Numbered from the stretch's first letter, positions 10,749-21,433 are shown. The stretch: 64,000 bases of DNA from Dehalococcoidia bacterium (GCA_030615625.1 JAUWYX010000004.1:76708-140707), one strand, 5' to 3'. Notes: generated from the sequence alone by a model not told the origin. Program-made: numbers and translations.

Positions 10749-11847
10749 ATGCAAGAAGAGAAGGAAAATCTAGAAGCCTTGCTTCGCCGAATCTCGGATA
10801 TCATGGTGCATCTTTGACATCCCTGGCAAGGAAAAGGAAATTGCTGGGATAGAGGCGGAGTCAGCCCAGCCTGATTTTTGGCACGACCCGGCTAAAGCTC
10901 AAGCTATAATGCGGGAGCTCAGGGGCAAGAAGAATCTAGTCAATGTTTGGCGCGAGCTGGAGAAGAAAGCTGCCGATCTTCAGGAAATGATTATTCTGGC
11001 TATCGAAGAGGAAGATTACTCTCTTAAGGAAGAAATACAGCTGGAGCTGAAAAAGCTGGACTCTCGGTTTGAACAGTTGGAGAGCCAACAGCTTTTTACT
11101 GGCGATTACGATAGTCGAAATGCCATGCTCGCCCTTCATGCTGGTGCTGGTGGCACAGAGGCTCAGGATTGGGCAAACATGTTGCTCAGGATGTACTTGA
11201 GGTGGGCAGAGCGGCATGATTATAAGGCCGAGGTCTTAGATGTCTCCCCTGGAGAAGAGGCTGGTATCAAAAGCGCTATCGTGGAGATTAAAGGGGATTA
11301 TGTCTATGGCTATCTCAAAAGTGAGCACGGGGTACACAGGTTAGTGCGGCTTTCCCCCTTTGATGCCGACCATGCCCGCCATACATCTTTTGTCCTGGCG
11401 GAAGTCCTCCCTGAAGCGGAAGAGACGGTGGATGTCAAAATAGACCCCGAAGACTTGAGAATAGATACTTTCAGGTCCAGTGGTCCTGGTGGACAGCACA
11501 TGCAGAAGACAAGCAGCGCTGTCAGGATAACTCACTTACCCACAGGGCTGGTAGCTACTTGCCAGGGTCAGAGGTCTCAGCACCAGAACAAGGAAGCTGC
11601 TTTGAAAATCCTTTATTCTCGCTTCCTAGAGCTTGATCGCAAAAAGAAAGAAAAGGAAAGAGCCAAGCTAAAGGGCGAGCGTATTGAAGCGGGTTGGGGA
11701 AACCAAATTCGAAGTTATGTTCTTCACCCCTACAAGATGGTGAAGGACCACCGCACCGATTACGAGGTTCACGATGCCGAAGCTGTGTTGGATGGAGAAC
11801 TAGATGGATTTATCACTGAATACCTTCGGTCTAAAGTAGGGAAATGA
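10749..11847 (+). CDS. prfB: peptide chain release factor 2 (programmed +1 frameshift)
   Basis: A short frame-0 ORF (MQEEKENLEALLRRISDIMVHL) ends at CTT TGA C (10812-10818). The +1 frame continues DIPGKEKEIAG...MRELRGKK, with SPF and GGQ motifs downstream. Confidence 0.9.
10812..10818 (+). promoter_or_regulatory. prfB programmed +1 frameshift site (CUU UGA C)
   Basis: An exact CTTTGAC heptamer at the junction of the two prfB reading frames. Confidence 0.85.
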
Positions 11848-13058
11848 TTAAACGCATCGTCTTAATAACTTCGGCGCTTCTCTTGCTTTTAAGCCCCTCC
11901 CTCGTCGCAGCCGGGGATGATATTGCAGTTATAGCTAGCGATGTAGATATAAATTTCCCAAGCCAGGCTGTGTTCACTATTGAGGCTGAAAGCTATGTGG
12001 ATATCGTCGATGTCCGTCTTTATTACCAGGTGGGTAAGATGAACTACGCTGAAATTGTCAGTGAGGGTTGGGCTGATTTTACTCCAGCAAGCAAGGTAGA
12101 GGCTAATTGGGTATGGGATATGAGGAATACGAGCTTGCCCCCTGGTGCTGAAGTCACATATTGGTGGATGATTGAGGATGCTGCCGGGAACAGATTTGAG
12201 ACCTCCCCTGAGATAATGCATTTCGATGACGAGCGCTATCTTTGGCAGAGCTTGACTGGTACCGTACCTCAGGGTGGCGAGCTGACCCTTTTCTGGTATG
12301 AAGGCAGTGATTCCTTCGCCCGAGAATTGATGGATGCTTGCGAGGAAGGACTTGCCAGGTTGACCCAGGATATTGGCACCTATCCAGAGAGGCCCATCAA
12401 GATATATATTTATGCCTCAACTAGTGATTTACAGGGGGCTATGATTTTTCCTCAGGAATGGAGTGGCGGCGTTGCCTTTACTGCATTTAGTACAATCGCT
12501 ATTGGTATTCCACCGAGCGAACTTGATTGGGGAAAAAAAGCCCTGGTTCACGAGTTGACGCATCTTGTTGTTCATCAGGCAACTTTTAGCCCCTATGGGC
12601 AGCTTCCTATCTGGCTTGACGAAGGGTTAGCTATGTATAACGAAGGCGAGCTTGACCCTGTTTTTCGCTCCTACCTAGAAAGGGCTATTTTGGAAGATGA
12701 GCTTATTTCGGTGCGCAGCCTGTGTAGTCCCTTTTCCGCCGAGACTGAAAAAGCTCTCCTTTCCTATGCTCAGAGCTATAGCCTTGTTGAGTACCTTCTG
12801 GATAATTATGGACAGGACAGTATGCTCGACTTGTTGACTATTTTGAAGCAGGGTAGTACCTACGATGAAGCTTTGACTGAGGTATATGGTTTTGATATAG
12901 CTGAGCTTGATGCGCATTGGCGAGCAACGCTGACGAACCCAATAGTTCCGGCTCAAGGGCCATGGTTACATCCCGCTTTGATTGCTGTGTTAGCGGCATT
13001 AGCTGTAGCACTGGCTTTGTGGACCTGGCGAAGGTCGTCTAGGAAATCAACCATGTAA
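11844..13058 (+). CDS. secreted/membrane-anchored zinc metallopeptidase-like protein (HExxH)
   Basis: N-terminal signal peptide, a HELTHLVVH zincin motif and a C-terminal TM helix (LIAVLAALAVALALWTW). Confidence 0.55.
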   Translation: MIKRIVLITSALLLLLSPSLVAAGDDIAVIASDVDINFPSQAVFTIEAESYVDIVDVRLYYQVGKMNYAEIVSEGWADFTPASKVEANWVWDMRNTSLPPGAEVTYWWMIEDAAGNRFETSPEIMHFDDERYLWQSLTGTVPQGGELTLFWYEGSDSFARELMDACEEGLARLTQDIGTYPERPIKIYIYASTSDLQGAMIFPQEWSGGVAFTAFSTIAIGIPPSELDWGKKALVHELTHLVVHQATFSPYGQLPIWLDEGLAMYNEGELDPVFRSYLERAILEDELISVRSLCSPFSAETEKALLSYAQSYSLVEYLLDNYGQDSMLDLLTILKQGSTYDEALTEVYGFDIAELDAHWRATLTNPIVPAQGPWLHPALIAVLAALAVALALWTWRRSSRKSTM

Positions 13059-13066
13059 GATAAGCC

Positions 13067-13756
13067 ATGAAAGACTCTTTTACTGTTCACGATTTACCCC
13101 TCAGTGAACGCCCCAGGGAGAGGCTGCTTAAGCTGGGCAGCGAAGCTCTTTCTGCCCAGGAAATTTTAGCTTTAATCCTGGGTCGGGGAATTAAAGGTGA
13201 ATCTGTCATGGTGACTAGCCAAAAGCTGCTAAGCCGGTTTGGCAGTCTCAAAGGTGTTGCTAATGCTTCTGTAGAGGAGTTGACCCAGACGAGAGGTATT
13301 GGGCCAGCCAAGGCGGCGCAGATTAAAGCTGCCCTTGAATTGAGTAAAAGGCTGGAAGGTGATGCCGGCGAGAAGCCCAAGCCGATGCTCAAGTCCCCGG
13401 AGGATGTGGCTGCTGTGGTGAGGAGCCAATTGAAAGGCAAGAAGAAGGAGCATTTTTTGGTACTCTGCCTGGATACTAGAAACAGGCTAATAAATTGTAA
13501 GCCAGTTTCCATAGGCAGCCTGGATACGAGCATTGTTCATCCCCGTGAGGTGTTTAAGGAAGCGGTATCTTCCTGCGCCGCCTCGGTAATTTTTGCTCAT
13601 AATCATCCTTCGGGTGACCCTGAGCCATCCAAAGAGGATGTTGAGCTAACCAAGAGGCTGGCTAAAGCCGGTGAAATCATAGGCATTGATGTCCTTGACC
13701 ACATCATTGTCTGCGATAAGAATTACTTAAGTCTGAAGGCTAAGAATTTGTTCTAA
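13067..13756 (+). CDS. radC: RadC-like JAB-domain protein
   Basis: Helix-hairpin-helix N-terminal region and a C-terminal JAMM motif (HNHPSGDPEPSKEDVELTKRL). Confidence 0.85.
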   Translation: MKDSFTVHDLPLSERPRERLLKLGSEALSAQEILALILGRGIKGESVMVTSQKLLSRFGSLKGVANASVEELTQTRGIGPAKAAQIKAALELSKRLEGDAGEKPKPMLKSPEDVAAVVRSQLKGKKKEHFLVLCLDTRNRLINCKPVSIGSLDTSIVHPREVFKEAVSSCAASVIFAHNHPSGDPEPSKEDVELTKRLAKAGEIIGIDVLDHIIVCDKNYLSLKAKNLF

Positions 13757-13846
13757 ATTTAATTGCAAATGGCAAATAAACACTCTTCAAGTGCGCAATT
13801 TACGGCGACTTAATTTCTGAGATATACTATTGGGCAAGCGAGCATC

Positions 13847-14944
13847 ATGAAGACTAGCGAAAAGAGCGAGGTTTTCTTTTTCCCCTATGATAGAGGTAGG
13901 GCTTTCCTCAGAGGGTTGAGAACTCTTTTCTCTAAAGTAGCCGATGTTGTCTCTGCGGGTGATTCAGTAGCGGTGAAGGTTCACATGGGAGAATATGGTG
14001 GTAGTGCTTACCTTCGCCCGCCGATAGTGCGCCGAGTATGTGATTTGATTAAGGAAGCCGGGGGCAAACCGTTTGTCACGGATACCACTACTCTTTATCC
14101 CATGGGGAGATTCACTGCCAGCCAATATCTGTCTACAGCAGCCTACAATGGCTTTACCAAGGAATCGGTGGGAGCGCCTGTGGTTATCGCTGATGGAGAG
14201 CAAGGCTGTGACGGAGAGTGGGTGGATATCCCCAGGCGGGTTTCTGATTGCTCTTTAGATAAGATAAAGATAGCCAAGAAGATTTTCAATGCCGACTCTC
14301 TGATAGTTCTTTCTCATGTGAAAGGACATGCGCTATCCGGCTTTGGCGGCTCTATCAAGAATGTGGCTATGGGCTGTGTTATCAAGAAGTCGAAGGCTGC
14401 TCAACATAGGGTAAATCGGGCTCTCATCGACATCTCCAAATGCACAGGCTGTGGACAATGCATTGAAGCTTGCCCCTTTAAAACCTTGTCGTTACTTGAG
14501 GAAAAAATGGTGCGTGATGATGAGAAATGCATGGATTGCAGTCATTGTCTTTATCTTTGCCCGGAGGGTGTTTTTTCTTTGCCTCCCCAGGCACAAGAGA
14601 GATTTCAAGTTTCTCTGCCTCACGCTGCCGCGGGAGTACTAAGCCGGTTTTACTCTAAAGTGGCTTTCATCAATTTCGTCCAAGATGTAACGCGATTGTG
14701 TGACTGCGCTACGCCGTCAGGTTCGCCAGTAGTTCCCGATATTGGCATCCTCGCCTCCACAGATGTGGTAGCTATTGACAAGGCGTCGTTGGACTTGATT
14801 GCTCAAAGCAAGCCCCTAGGGAAATTTGCCAACATCAGCTCTCCCGATATATTAGGCAAGATAAATGGCACGGATAGCCTGATTCAAATAAGAACTGCTC
14901 AGGAGCTTGGCTTGGGCAGCATGGTATATGAGCTAAAAGAGTAA
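13847..14944 (+). CDS. DUF362 domain protein with 2x[4Fe-4S] ferredoxin insert
   Basis: Two ferredoxin cysteine clusters (CTGCGQCIEACP and CMDCSHCLYLCP) within a DUF362-like architecture. Confidence 0.6.
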   Translation: MKTSEKSEVFFFPYDRGRAFLRGLRTLFSKVADVVSAGDSVAVKVHMGEYGGSAYLRPPIVRRVCDLIKEAGGKPFVTDTTTLYPMGRFTASQYLSTAAYNGFTKESVGAPVVIADGEQGCDGEWVDIPRRVSDCSLDKIKIAKKIFNADSLIVLSHVKGHALSGFGGSIKNVAMGCVIKKSKAAQHRVNRALIDISKCTGCGQCIEACPFKTLSLLEEKMVRDDEKCMDCSHCLYLCPEGVFSLPPQAQERFQVSLPHAAAGVLSRFYSKVAFINFVQDVTRLCDCATPSGSPVVPDIGILASTDVVAIDKASLDLIAQSKPLGKFANISSPDILGKINGTDSLIQIRTAQELGLGSMVYELKE

Positions 14945-15058
14945 AAATAAAAATGCAAAATGACAAACCAAAATTTAAAAATGGATTTAAGTGTCATAGG
15001 AAGAAAATGATTTTTGCATTTTAATTTGTAACTCTGATTTTGTATCTTTGTTTTTTGA
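14943..15058. repeat. family-C AT-rich palindromic element
   Basis: Arms aaaatgcaaaatgacaaa ... tttgcattttaatttgta. Confidence 0.6.
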
Positions 15059-15092
15059 TATTTCTCAAGATTTAATCGCTGTTTAGAACGCT

Positions 15093-15530
15093 ATGTGGAG
15101 TAACATGGAAGATATTGAGTTGGCGCGCTCTCTTTTGGAGGAAGAGAAATGGAATCTCGTTGTGGTGAAGAAAGGGCAAGTTCTTTTCAGTTCCAGAGAG
15201 CGCGGAATAGCCCCCTTTTTCCAGGCTGTTCAGAGTATGGGGAAAAGTTTACATAATGCTGCGATGGCTGACCGCATCGTGGGCTTAGCTGTAGCTATGC
15301 TTTGCCTTCATGCTCAGATAATCTCGTTATATGCTGGCATAGCAAGCCAGGGAGCGCTTGATATGCTGAAGGGGCAAGGGGTGACCGTTAGTAGTAAGAG
15401 CACAGTTCCTTATATCTCTAACTACGATGGCACAGACTTATGTCCTTTCGAGAAGCTGGCAAGAAGTTGTCAAAGGCCTTCTCAATTGTTTGCAGCGTTA
15501 CAGTCTCTTTTTGCTGAAGGTGACCAGTGA
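15093..15530 (+). CDS. DUF1893 (TM1506-like) domain protein
   Basis: 145-aa ORF with an EDIELARSLL...WNLVVVKKG N-terminus resembling the DUF1893 family. Confidence 0.45.
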   Translation: MWSNMEDIELARSLLEEEKWNLVVVKKGQVLFSSRERGIAPFFQAVQSMGKSLHNAAMADRIVGLAVAMLCLHAQIISLYAGIASQGALDMLKGQGVTVSSKSTVPYISNYDGTDLCPFEKLARSCQRPSQLFAALQSLFAEGDQ

Positions 15531-17101
15531 AAAAGATTTGGCAGCTTACATCGTTATCTCTTCTTTTGTCGGCTTTACTGGTTTTACCTTTGACTGCTTG
15601 TCAGCCGGAGCAGGGTGATGAAGGCATCCTCCGCCTCTGGGATACCGGTCCCATAACGCTTGACCCGGCGATTTCTGCCGACATGTCTTCTCATACCTAC
15701 GTCATGCAAATCTTCTCTGGCTTGGTTCGTCTTGACCATGAGCTGAACATAGTGCCCGATATTGCTGAGAGCTGGGAGAAAAGCCCTGATGGCAAAACAT
15801 ATATCTTCTACCTGCGCCAGGGGGTGAAATTTCATAGTGGCAGGGAAGTCAAAGCTGCCGATTTCAAATACTCCTGGGAGCGAGCCTGCGACCCCGATAC
15901 TGGCTCTGGCACAGCCGCTACGTATCTGGGCGATATTGTTGGTGCCAAGGATATGCTGGCGGGAAAAACGGGAGAAATCTCCGGGGTTGAAGTCATTGAT
16001 GCCTATACTCTTCAGGTTACCATTGATGCTCCCAAGGCTTACTTCCTGAGCAAGCTAGCTTATCCCACCGCCTTTGTGGTTGATAGGGCTAATGTGGAAT
16101 CCGGCGAGGACTGGTGGCGGGAGCCAGACGGGACAGGGCCATTCAAGTTAAAGAAATGGAAACTAGGTCAGCAGCTGATTTTGGAGCGCAGTCAGATTTA
16201 TTATGGCGAATCGGCTAAACTGGAGCAGGTCATCTATCTTCTGTCTGGCGCGCCCATGGCCCTGTACGAGACAGAGAAGATTGATGTCGTTTCTGTTTAC
16301 TTGGCTTACATTGACCGAGTGAGTGATGAGACTGGCCCGTTTTATCCCGAGTTAGCCGTAACACCCGAGCTTAGCCTCTATTATATTGGCTTCAACACTG
16401 CCCAACCTCCCTTCGACGACGTTAACATCCGTCGTGCCTTTTGTCATGCTGTGGATAAAGAGCGTATCGCTGAGGTGATATTGAGGGACATGATAAATGA
16501 AGCCGATGGTATTTTGCCGCCGGGCATGCCTGGCTACAACGAAGCTCTCGAGGGATTGGACTACGATGTGGAAAAGGCGATAGAGCTTATCACCGACTCG
16601 AGATACGGAGATGCTTCGAACTTGCCCTCTATCACCCTAACTGTTGACGGCTATGGCAATAGCATTCCCAGTTATCTAGGCGCCATCATCCAGGAATGGC
16701 AGCAAAACCTCGGCGTGGAAATCTCGGTGAGGCAACTGGAACCAGAAAATTTCCTTTATAACCTGAAACAAGAAAAGGATGAGATGTTCATACTGGGCTG
16801 GATAGCTGACTACCCCGACCCGCATAATTTCTTGGACATCCTGTTCTATACCGGAAGCGAAGTTAATATCTTCGAATACAGTAACTCCAGCCTGGATGCT
16901 TTGCTTGACCAGGCAGCTATAGAACAGGATGGAGCTGACCGCTTGGCTATGTACCAGCAAGCTGAACAACTGGTAGTTGATGACGCTCCTTGTCTCCCCC
17001 TGTTCCATGGCGCCAACTATATCCTGGTGGAGCCCTATGTCAAAGGCTATGAGCTCAGTCCCCTGGGTATTCCCGACCTGAGCAAGGTGTATCTGGAGTA
17101 G
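15527..17101 (+). CDS. ABC transporter substrate-binding lipoprotein (family 5, peptide/nickel type)
   Basis: Signal peptide with a lipobox (LTAC). 524 aa, consistent with an SBP_bac_5-type protein. Confidence 0.75.
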   Translation: MKKIWQLTSLSLLLSALLVLPLTACQPEQGDEGILRLWDTGPITLDPAISADMSSHTYVMQIFSGLVRLDHELNIVPDIAESWEKSPDGKTYIFYLRQGVKFHSGREVKAADFKYSWERACDPDTGSGTAATYLGDIVGAKDMLAGKTGEISGVEVIDAYTLQVTIDAPKAYFLSKLAYPTAFVVDRANVESGEDWWREPDGTGPFKLKKWKLGQQLILERSQIYYGESAKLEQVIYLLSGAPMALYETEKIDVVSVYLAYIDRVSDETGPFYPELAVTPELSLYYIGFNTAQPPFDDVNIRRAFCHAVDKERIAEVILRDMINEADGILPPGMPGYNEALEGLDYDVEKAIELITDSRYGDASNLPSITLTVDGYGNSIPSYLGAIIQEWQQNLGVEISVRQLEPENFLYNLKQEKDEMFILGWIADYPDPHNFLDILFYTGSEVNIFEYSNSSLDALLDQAAIEQDGADRLAMYQQAEQLVVDDAPCLPLFHGANYILVEPYVKGYELSPLGIPDLSKVYLE

Positions 17102-17239
17102 TTCTAGCTTGTGGGGTGGGGATTTATTCCTCGCATTAGGCTGTTGGTCCCTTTCCATTAAAGTAGTGGGACTTCGTGTGAAATTATGCTCAGGGCTGTG
17201 ATTACGTTGGGGTAGACTGTGGTGGTATAATGATAAGGG

Positions 17240-18250
17240 ATGGAAAGGGAGGCGATGCTCTATGAGACACTCCCTGGTGGCAGGGTGAGGTGTCATGTTT
17301 GCCAATGGAGGTGCCTTATTAATCCCGGTAAGCTTGGCGTCTGCCGTATGCGCATCAATCGGGATGGCAGGCTGTATAGCATGAATTATGCCGAGGTATC
17401 CTCGATGGCGGCCGACCATATTGAGAAAAAACCTCTATTTCATTTCTTCCCCGGTACCTATGCGTTTTCCTTAGGCACCTGGGGATGCAATTTCCACTGC
17501 AAGGGATGCCAGAACTGGGAGATTTCCTGCGTGGATATTCCGCGAGGTTCACAGCAATTGCTTCCGGAAAGAGAGATAGAGCTAACCAAGAGGTATAGTT
17601 GCCAGGGCATTGCCTGGACCTATAATGAGCCCGCAATTTGGTTTGAATACACCCTGGACTCGGCCAGGCTGGCTAAAGAAAATAATCTATACACTGTGTA
17701 TGTGACCAATGGCTACGCCACGCCTGAGGCGCTGGATACCATAGGTCCCTGGCTTGATGCCTGGAGGGTGGATGTCAAGGGCTTCACCGACGGGTTCTAT
17801 CGGCAGCTAGCCAAGATTCCTCGGTGGCAGGGCATTCTGGACGTCGCCAGGAGGGCTAAAGAGAAGTGGCATATGCATGTTGAGGTGGTGACCAATATCA
17901 TTCCTGCGATGAACGACGACGAAGAGCAGCTCAGGAACATTGCTACCTGGATTCGAGATAACCTGGGCGAGCTCACTCCCTGGCACGTAACTCGGTTCCA
18001 TCCCCTGCACGAATTTACCCATCTGTCGGCTACCCCGGTATCCACTTTAGAGAGGGCATATAAGATTGGGAGAGAGGCAGGGCTGAAATTTGTCTATCTG
18101 GGCAATGTACCGGGGCACGAGTATGAAAATACCGTGTGTTATTCTTGTGGCAAAACAGTCGTTCGTCGAATTGGCTATGATACCCAGGTGGTGGGGTTGG
18201 ATGGCTCAAAGTGCAAGTTCTGTGGAACCGGGCTTAATTTCCGGACATGA
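17240..18250 (+). CDS. AmmeMemoRadiSam system radical SAM enzyme
   Basis: N-terminal Cys-rich motif (CHVCQWRC...GVCRMR) plus a radical-SAM cluster (GCNFHCKGCQNW). Adjacent to an AMMECR1 gene. Confidence 0.75.
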   Translation: MEREAMLYETLPGGRVRCHVCQWRCLINPGKLGVCRMRINRDGRLYSMNYAEVSSMAADHIEKKPLFHFFPGTYAFSLGTWGCNFHCKGCQNWEISCVDIPRGSQQLLPEREIELTKRYSCQGIAWTYNEPAIWFEYTLDSARLAKENNLYTVYVTNGYATPEALDTIGPWLDAWRVDVKGFTDGFYRQLAKIPRWQGILDVARRAKEKWHMHVEVVTNIIPAMNDDEEQLRNIATWIRDNLGELTPWHVTRFHPLHEFTHLSATPVSTLERAYKIGREAGLKFVYLGNVPGHEYENTVCYSCGKTVVRRIGYDTQVVGLDGSKCKFCGTGLNFRT

Positions 18251-18262
18251 GGGAGGTGCTTT

Positions 18263-18778
18263 ATGACAAAGGGACTTCATCCTGTGGTAGAACTGGCTAA
18301 GGAGACTGTGGAAAGCTATGTCCGGGAGGGTAAAACACCCCAGCCGAGGGAATTAACTCCAGAGATGAGAGAGCGGGCGGGGGTTTTTGTTTCCCTTCAT
18401 AAGCATGGGCAATTAAGAGGATGTATTGGCACCTTTGAGCCAAAGGAGAAGAATGTGGCTGAAGAAATCGTTGCCAACGCTATTAGCTCATCTACCGGGG
18501 ACCCTCGCTTTCCCCCGGTGACTGCGTCTGAGCTTGATGACCTGGAATATAGTGTGGATATCCTTACTAAACCTGAGCCAGTCACGGATATCAGTCGGCT
18601 TGACCATAAGAAATATGGCATTATCGTGGAGAGTGGTTGGAAGAAAGGACTTTTGCTGCCTGCTCTGGAAGGCGTAGATAGCGTTGAGGAGCAAATTGCT
18701 ATTTGTCGGCTCAAGGCGGGAATATTAGCCGGCGAGCCGGTTAAGCTCTATCGCTTTCAGGTGAGAAGATTCAAGTAA
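18263..18778 (+). CDS. AMMECR1 domain protein (AmmeMemoRadiSam system protein A)
   Basis: 171 aa with the [18 protein letters not shown] motif. Confidence 0.75.
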   Translation: MTKGLHPVVELAKETVESYVREGKTPQPRELTPEMRERAGVFVSLHKHGQLRGCIGTFEPKEKNVAEEIVANAISSSTGDPRFPPVTASELDDLEYSVDILTKPEPVTDISRLDHKKYGIIVESGWKKGLLLPALEGVDSVEEQIAICRLKAGILAGEPVKLYRFQVRRFK

Positions 18779-19071
18779 GGGTGTTGAAACCAAAATACAA
18801 AAATCACATGAGCGAGTACAAGGCATGGTAGAAATTTCTTATGGTGTGCTATAGTATGAGACATAGCCGAAGAGAACTTTAGGACGAGAAGTGTATATTG
18901 ACCGGTGTGGAAATAGGCGGGGCTTGGTTTTGCATTCCGGCATTGTTTCTCATATTGTTGCTATCACGAATAGATTGGTCCTTCTGATGTCGCTTTCTCC
19001 TGGCAAAAGTAAGCTGGGGGAATACTTTCGCTTGTCTATCCCCTTGGCTGGTAAGGGAGAGGAGGTGCACT

Positions 19072-19704
19072 TTGGTTAAGTTTTTCCTAACCCCCAGGAG
19101 TGCGGAGTTTTATGACCTGTTCGAACAAGAGACGAGTAATCTGGTCGTTGCCGCAGAAAAACTGGTTGACCTCTTTGACAATTATGAAGATGTGGAAGCA
19201 AAAGCAAAAGAGCTTAAGGAGTTAGAACATAGAGGCGACGTCATAACGCACGAGATAATACAGAGGTTACACCGCACCTTTGTCACTCCCATTGACAGAG
19301 AGGATATTACTCTCCTCGCCCAAAGCCTGGATGATGTAATGGATTTCATCGAGGCTGCGGGCAGGACAGCCTTTCTTTATAATATTGCCCAACCCACGGA
19401 GAGGGCCCAAGAGTTAGCCCGAATCGTAGCCAGGGTAGCCTACAAGCTGAATGAGGTCATGCCTCGTTTGCGCCACCGTGACCAGTTCCCATGGATTCTC
19501 AAGCAGTGTGTGGAGATTAATACTCTGGAAAACGCGGCCGACGACGTGCATCATGCTGCCTTAGCCGAGCTGTTCGAAGTTTGCCATCTTGACGCATGTG
19601 AGGTAATTAAATGGCGCGAAATCTATGAACACCTGGAAAGCGCCACCGACCGGGGGGAAGATGTCGCCAATGTCCTTGAGGGCATAGTATTGAAGCATGC
19701 CTGA
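19072..19704 (+). CDS. DUF47 (PhoU-like) Pit accessory protein
   Basis: 210-aa helical protein whose stop overlaps the start of the PiT gene, the conserved DUF47-Pit pairing. Confidence 0.7.
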   Translation: MVKFFLTPRSAEFYDLFEQETSNLVVAAEKLVDLFDNYEDVEAKAKELKELEHRGDVITHEIIQRLHRTFVTPIDREDITLLAQSLDDVMDFIEAAGRTAFLYNIAQPTERAQELARIVARVAYKLNEVMPRLRHRDQFPWILKQCVEINTLENAADDVHHAALAELFEVCHLDACEVIKWREIYEHLESATDRGEDVANVLEGIVLKHA

Positions 19705-20713
19705 ATTCGCTCTGCTGGTTCTGGTAATTGCGGCAGCCATCGGCTTTGGTGTGGTTAACGGTTTTAACGATGCTGCCAATAGTGTTGCTGCTTCGATTGG
19801 CTCCCGGGCTATTTCACCTCGAAACGCCATAATACTGGCTGCATTTAGTAACTTCGCTGGTGCCGCTACGGGCACTGCCGTAGCTATAACCATCGGCAAG
19901 GGGATCATAAGCTCTGAAACATGGTTATCTTTACCAGTGACTGCTGCTTATTTGATACTGATTGCTGCTTTAGCTACGGTTATCGTGTGGGGAACTATAG
20001 CTACTCGTTTGGGTCTGCCGGTAAGTATCAGCCATAGCTTAGTAACCGGGCTGGCAGCGGCAGGGATAGTGGTGGTGGGCAGAGAGGCAGTGATATGGGG
20101 TGTCCTGCAACAGATTGGGGTATCAGTGGTTGCTGCTCCTAGTCTGGGTTTCATCGGTGGCTTTGCTCTTATGGTTGTCCTGCTCTGGGCATTTCGCCGA
20201 AGCGCTCCAGCCAGGATGAGAGTTGTCTTCAGCCGTTTGCAATGGCTTACTACCGCTTTTTTGGCTTATAGCCACGGTAAAAATGACGGACAGATGCCCA
20301 TAGCTCTTATCACCACGGCGCTGATGATTCATACCCAACAGGTTGAGCTGTGGGACAATATCCCCTGGTGGGTAATAATCGTATCCGCTTTAGCCATTAG
20401 CTTGGGCATCGCTATCGGCGGCTGGCGAGTTATTAGAACTGTGGGGATGAAGATCACTGCTTTACAACCTATCCATGGTTTTGCTACCCAGGCCTCAGCG
20501 GCTACTGTCATTGAGATAGCTTCGCGCCTGGGTATTCCCGTAAGCACCACTCATTGCGCCACAGCAGCTACAATGGGGGTGGGTGCCACGAAGCGCCTTT
20601 CCGCGGTAAGGTGGGGGGTAACCAGAAATATCGTGTTGGCCTGGGTTTTAACCTTCCCGATATGCGGTGCTCTCGGCTGGATAATAGCATCACTTCTGAA
20701 GGTTGCCTTTTGA
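19697..20713 (+). CDS. pit: inorganic phosphate transporter, PiT family
   Basis: 338-aa polytopic membrane protein with GFNDAANSVA and GKNDGQ PiT signature motifs. Confidence 0.85.
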   Translation: MPEFALLVLVIAAAIGFGVVNGFNDAANSVAASIGSRAISPRNAIILAAFSNFAGAATGTAVAITIGKGIISSETWLSLPVTAAYLILIAALATVIVWGTIATRLGLPVSISHSLVTGLAAAGIVVVGREAVIWGVLQQIGVSVVAAPSLGFIGGFALMVVLLWAFRRSAPARMRVVFSRLQWLTTAFLAYSHGKNDGQMPIALITTALMIHTQQVELWDNIPWWVIIVSALAISLGIAIGGWRVIRTVGMKITALQPIHGFATQASAATVIEIASRLGIPVSTTHCATAATMGVGATKRLSAVRWGVTRNIVLAWVLTFPICGALGWIIASLLKVAF

Positions 20714-20896
20714 GGTGACAAAACTCCTTTGCCTCTTTAGAACATCTGTGCTATGATGGGCTGGTGAAACTATTGCCGGCGGCTCTTCAGAAGCAGGATT
20801 ACAACCTGGCAGCTCATGTCCTCGTCTATGGCTTGGTCAAAGCCTCGGTAAAAAAACCCAAAAATTCTCTGAATTTTCGGGAACCCCGGAACTGTT

Positions 20897-21241
20897 ATGG
20901 CAGCAGAAGGAAAAGGAAAGAGAAAGAGTAGTCCACGGGGTTTCTATAGCCGGGCCTTGGATGAGGCAGAAAAGCTCGAACTGGAGGAAGCTTCTCATGT
21001 CGAAGGAATCGACGAGGAGATTGCCCTTCGCAGAGTGAAGATCAGGGAACTTTTAGAAGAGCAGCCGGAGCGAATTGACCTGCACTTCGAGGCAGCCAAT
21101 ATCATAGCCCGGCTGGTAAGAACCCGATATCAAATTACCAAAGAGCAGAAGAAGTCCCTCAAGGAAGCCATCCAGAAAGTCTTGACCGAAGTTGCTGTGC
21201 CCCTGGGGGTTGGTATCGGAATTAAAGCAGCAAGCAAGTAA
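20897..21241 (+). CDS. hypothetical charged protein
   Basis: 114-aa Lys/Glu-rich ORF lying just upstream of a family-C palindrome. Confidence 0.35.
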   Translation: MAAEGKGKRKSSPRGFYSRALDEAEKLELEEASHVEGIDEEIALRRVKIRELLEEQPERIDLHFEAANIIARLVRTRYQITKEQKKSLKEAIQKVLTEVAVPLGVGIGIKAASK

Positions 21242-21264
21242 TCATGTTACAGCTTAAATCCTAA

Positions 21265-21400
21265 GCACCAAATTCCAAACAATGTAGAAAATCAAAAACC
21301 AAAGGTCAAAAATCAAAATGACAATTTAAAATGCAAAGATTTTTACCTTTGCTCTGTCATTTTGCACTTTTATTTTTACCTTTTGCATTTTGCAAGGATT
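21265..21400. repeat. family-C AT-rich palindromic element (upstream of terminase-like gene)
   Basis: Arms caaaaatcaaaatgacaatttaaaatgcaaag ... ctttgctctgtcattttgcacttttatttttaccttttgcattttg. Confidence 0.7.
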
Positions 21401-21433
21401 TGTTTAGAGCTTAGATATTGGGATTTTATTCTA

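Noticed and set aside
13087-13533. 148-aa minus-strand ORF
   Set aside because: It is antisense within radC and shows Ser/Leu-rich low complexity.
16676-17419. 247-aa minus-strand ORF
   Set aside because: It is antisense to the 3' end of the substrate-binding protein gene and the start of the radical-SAM gene. It is Pro/His-rich and low-complexity.
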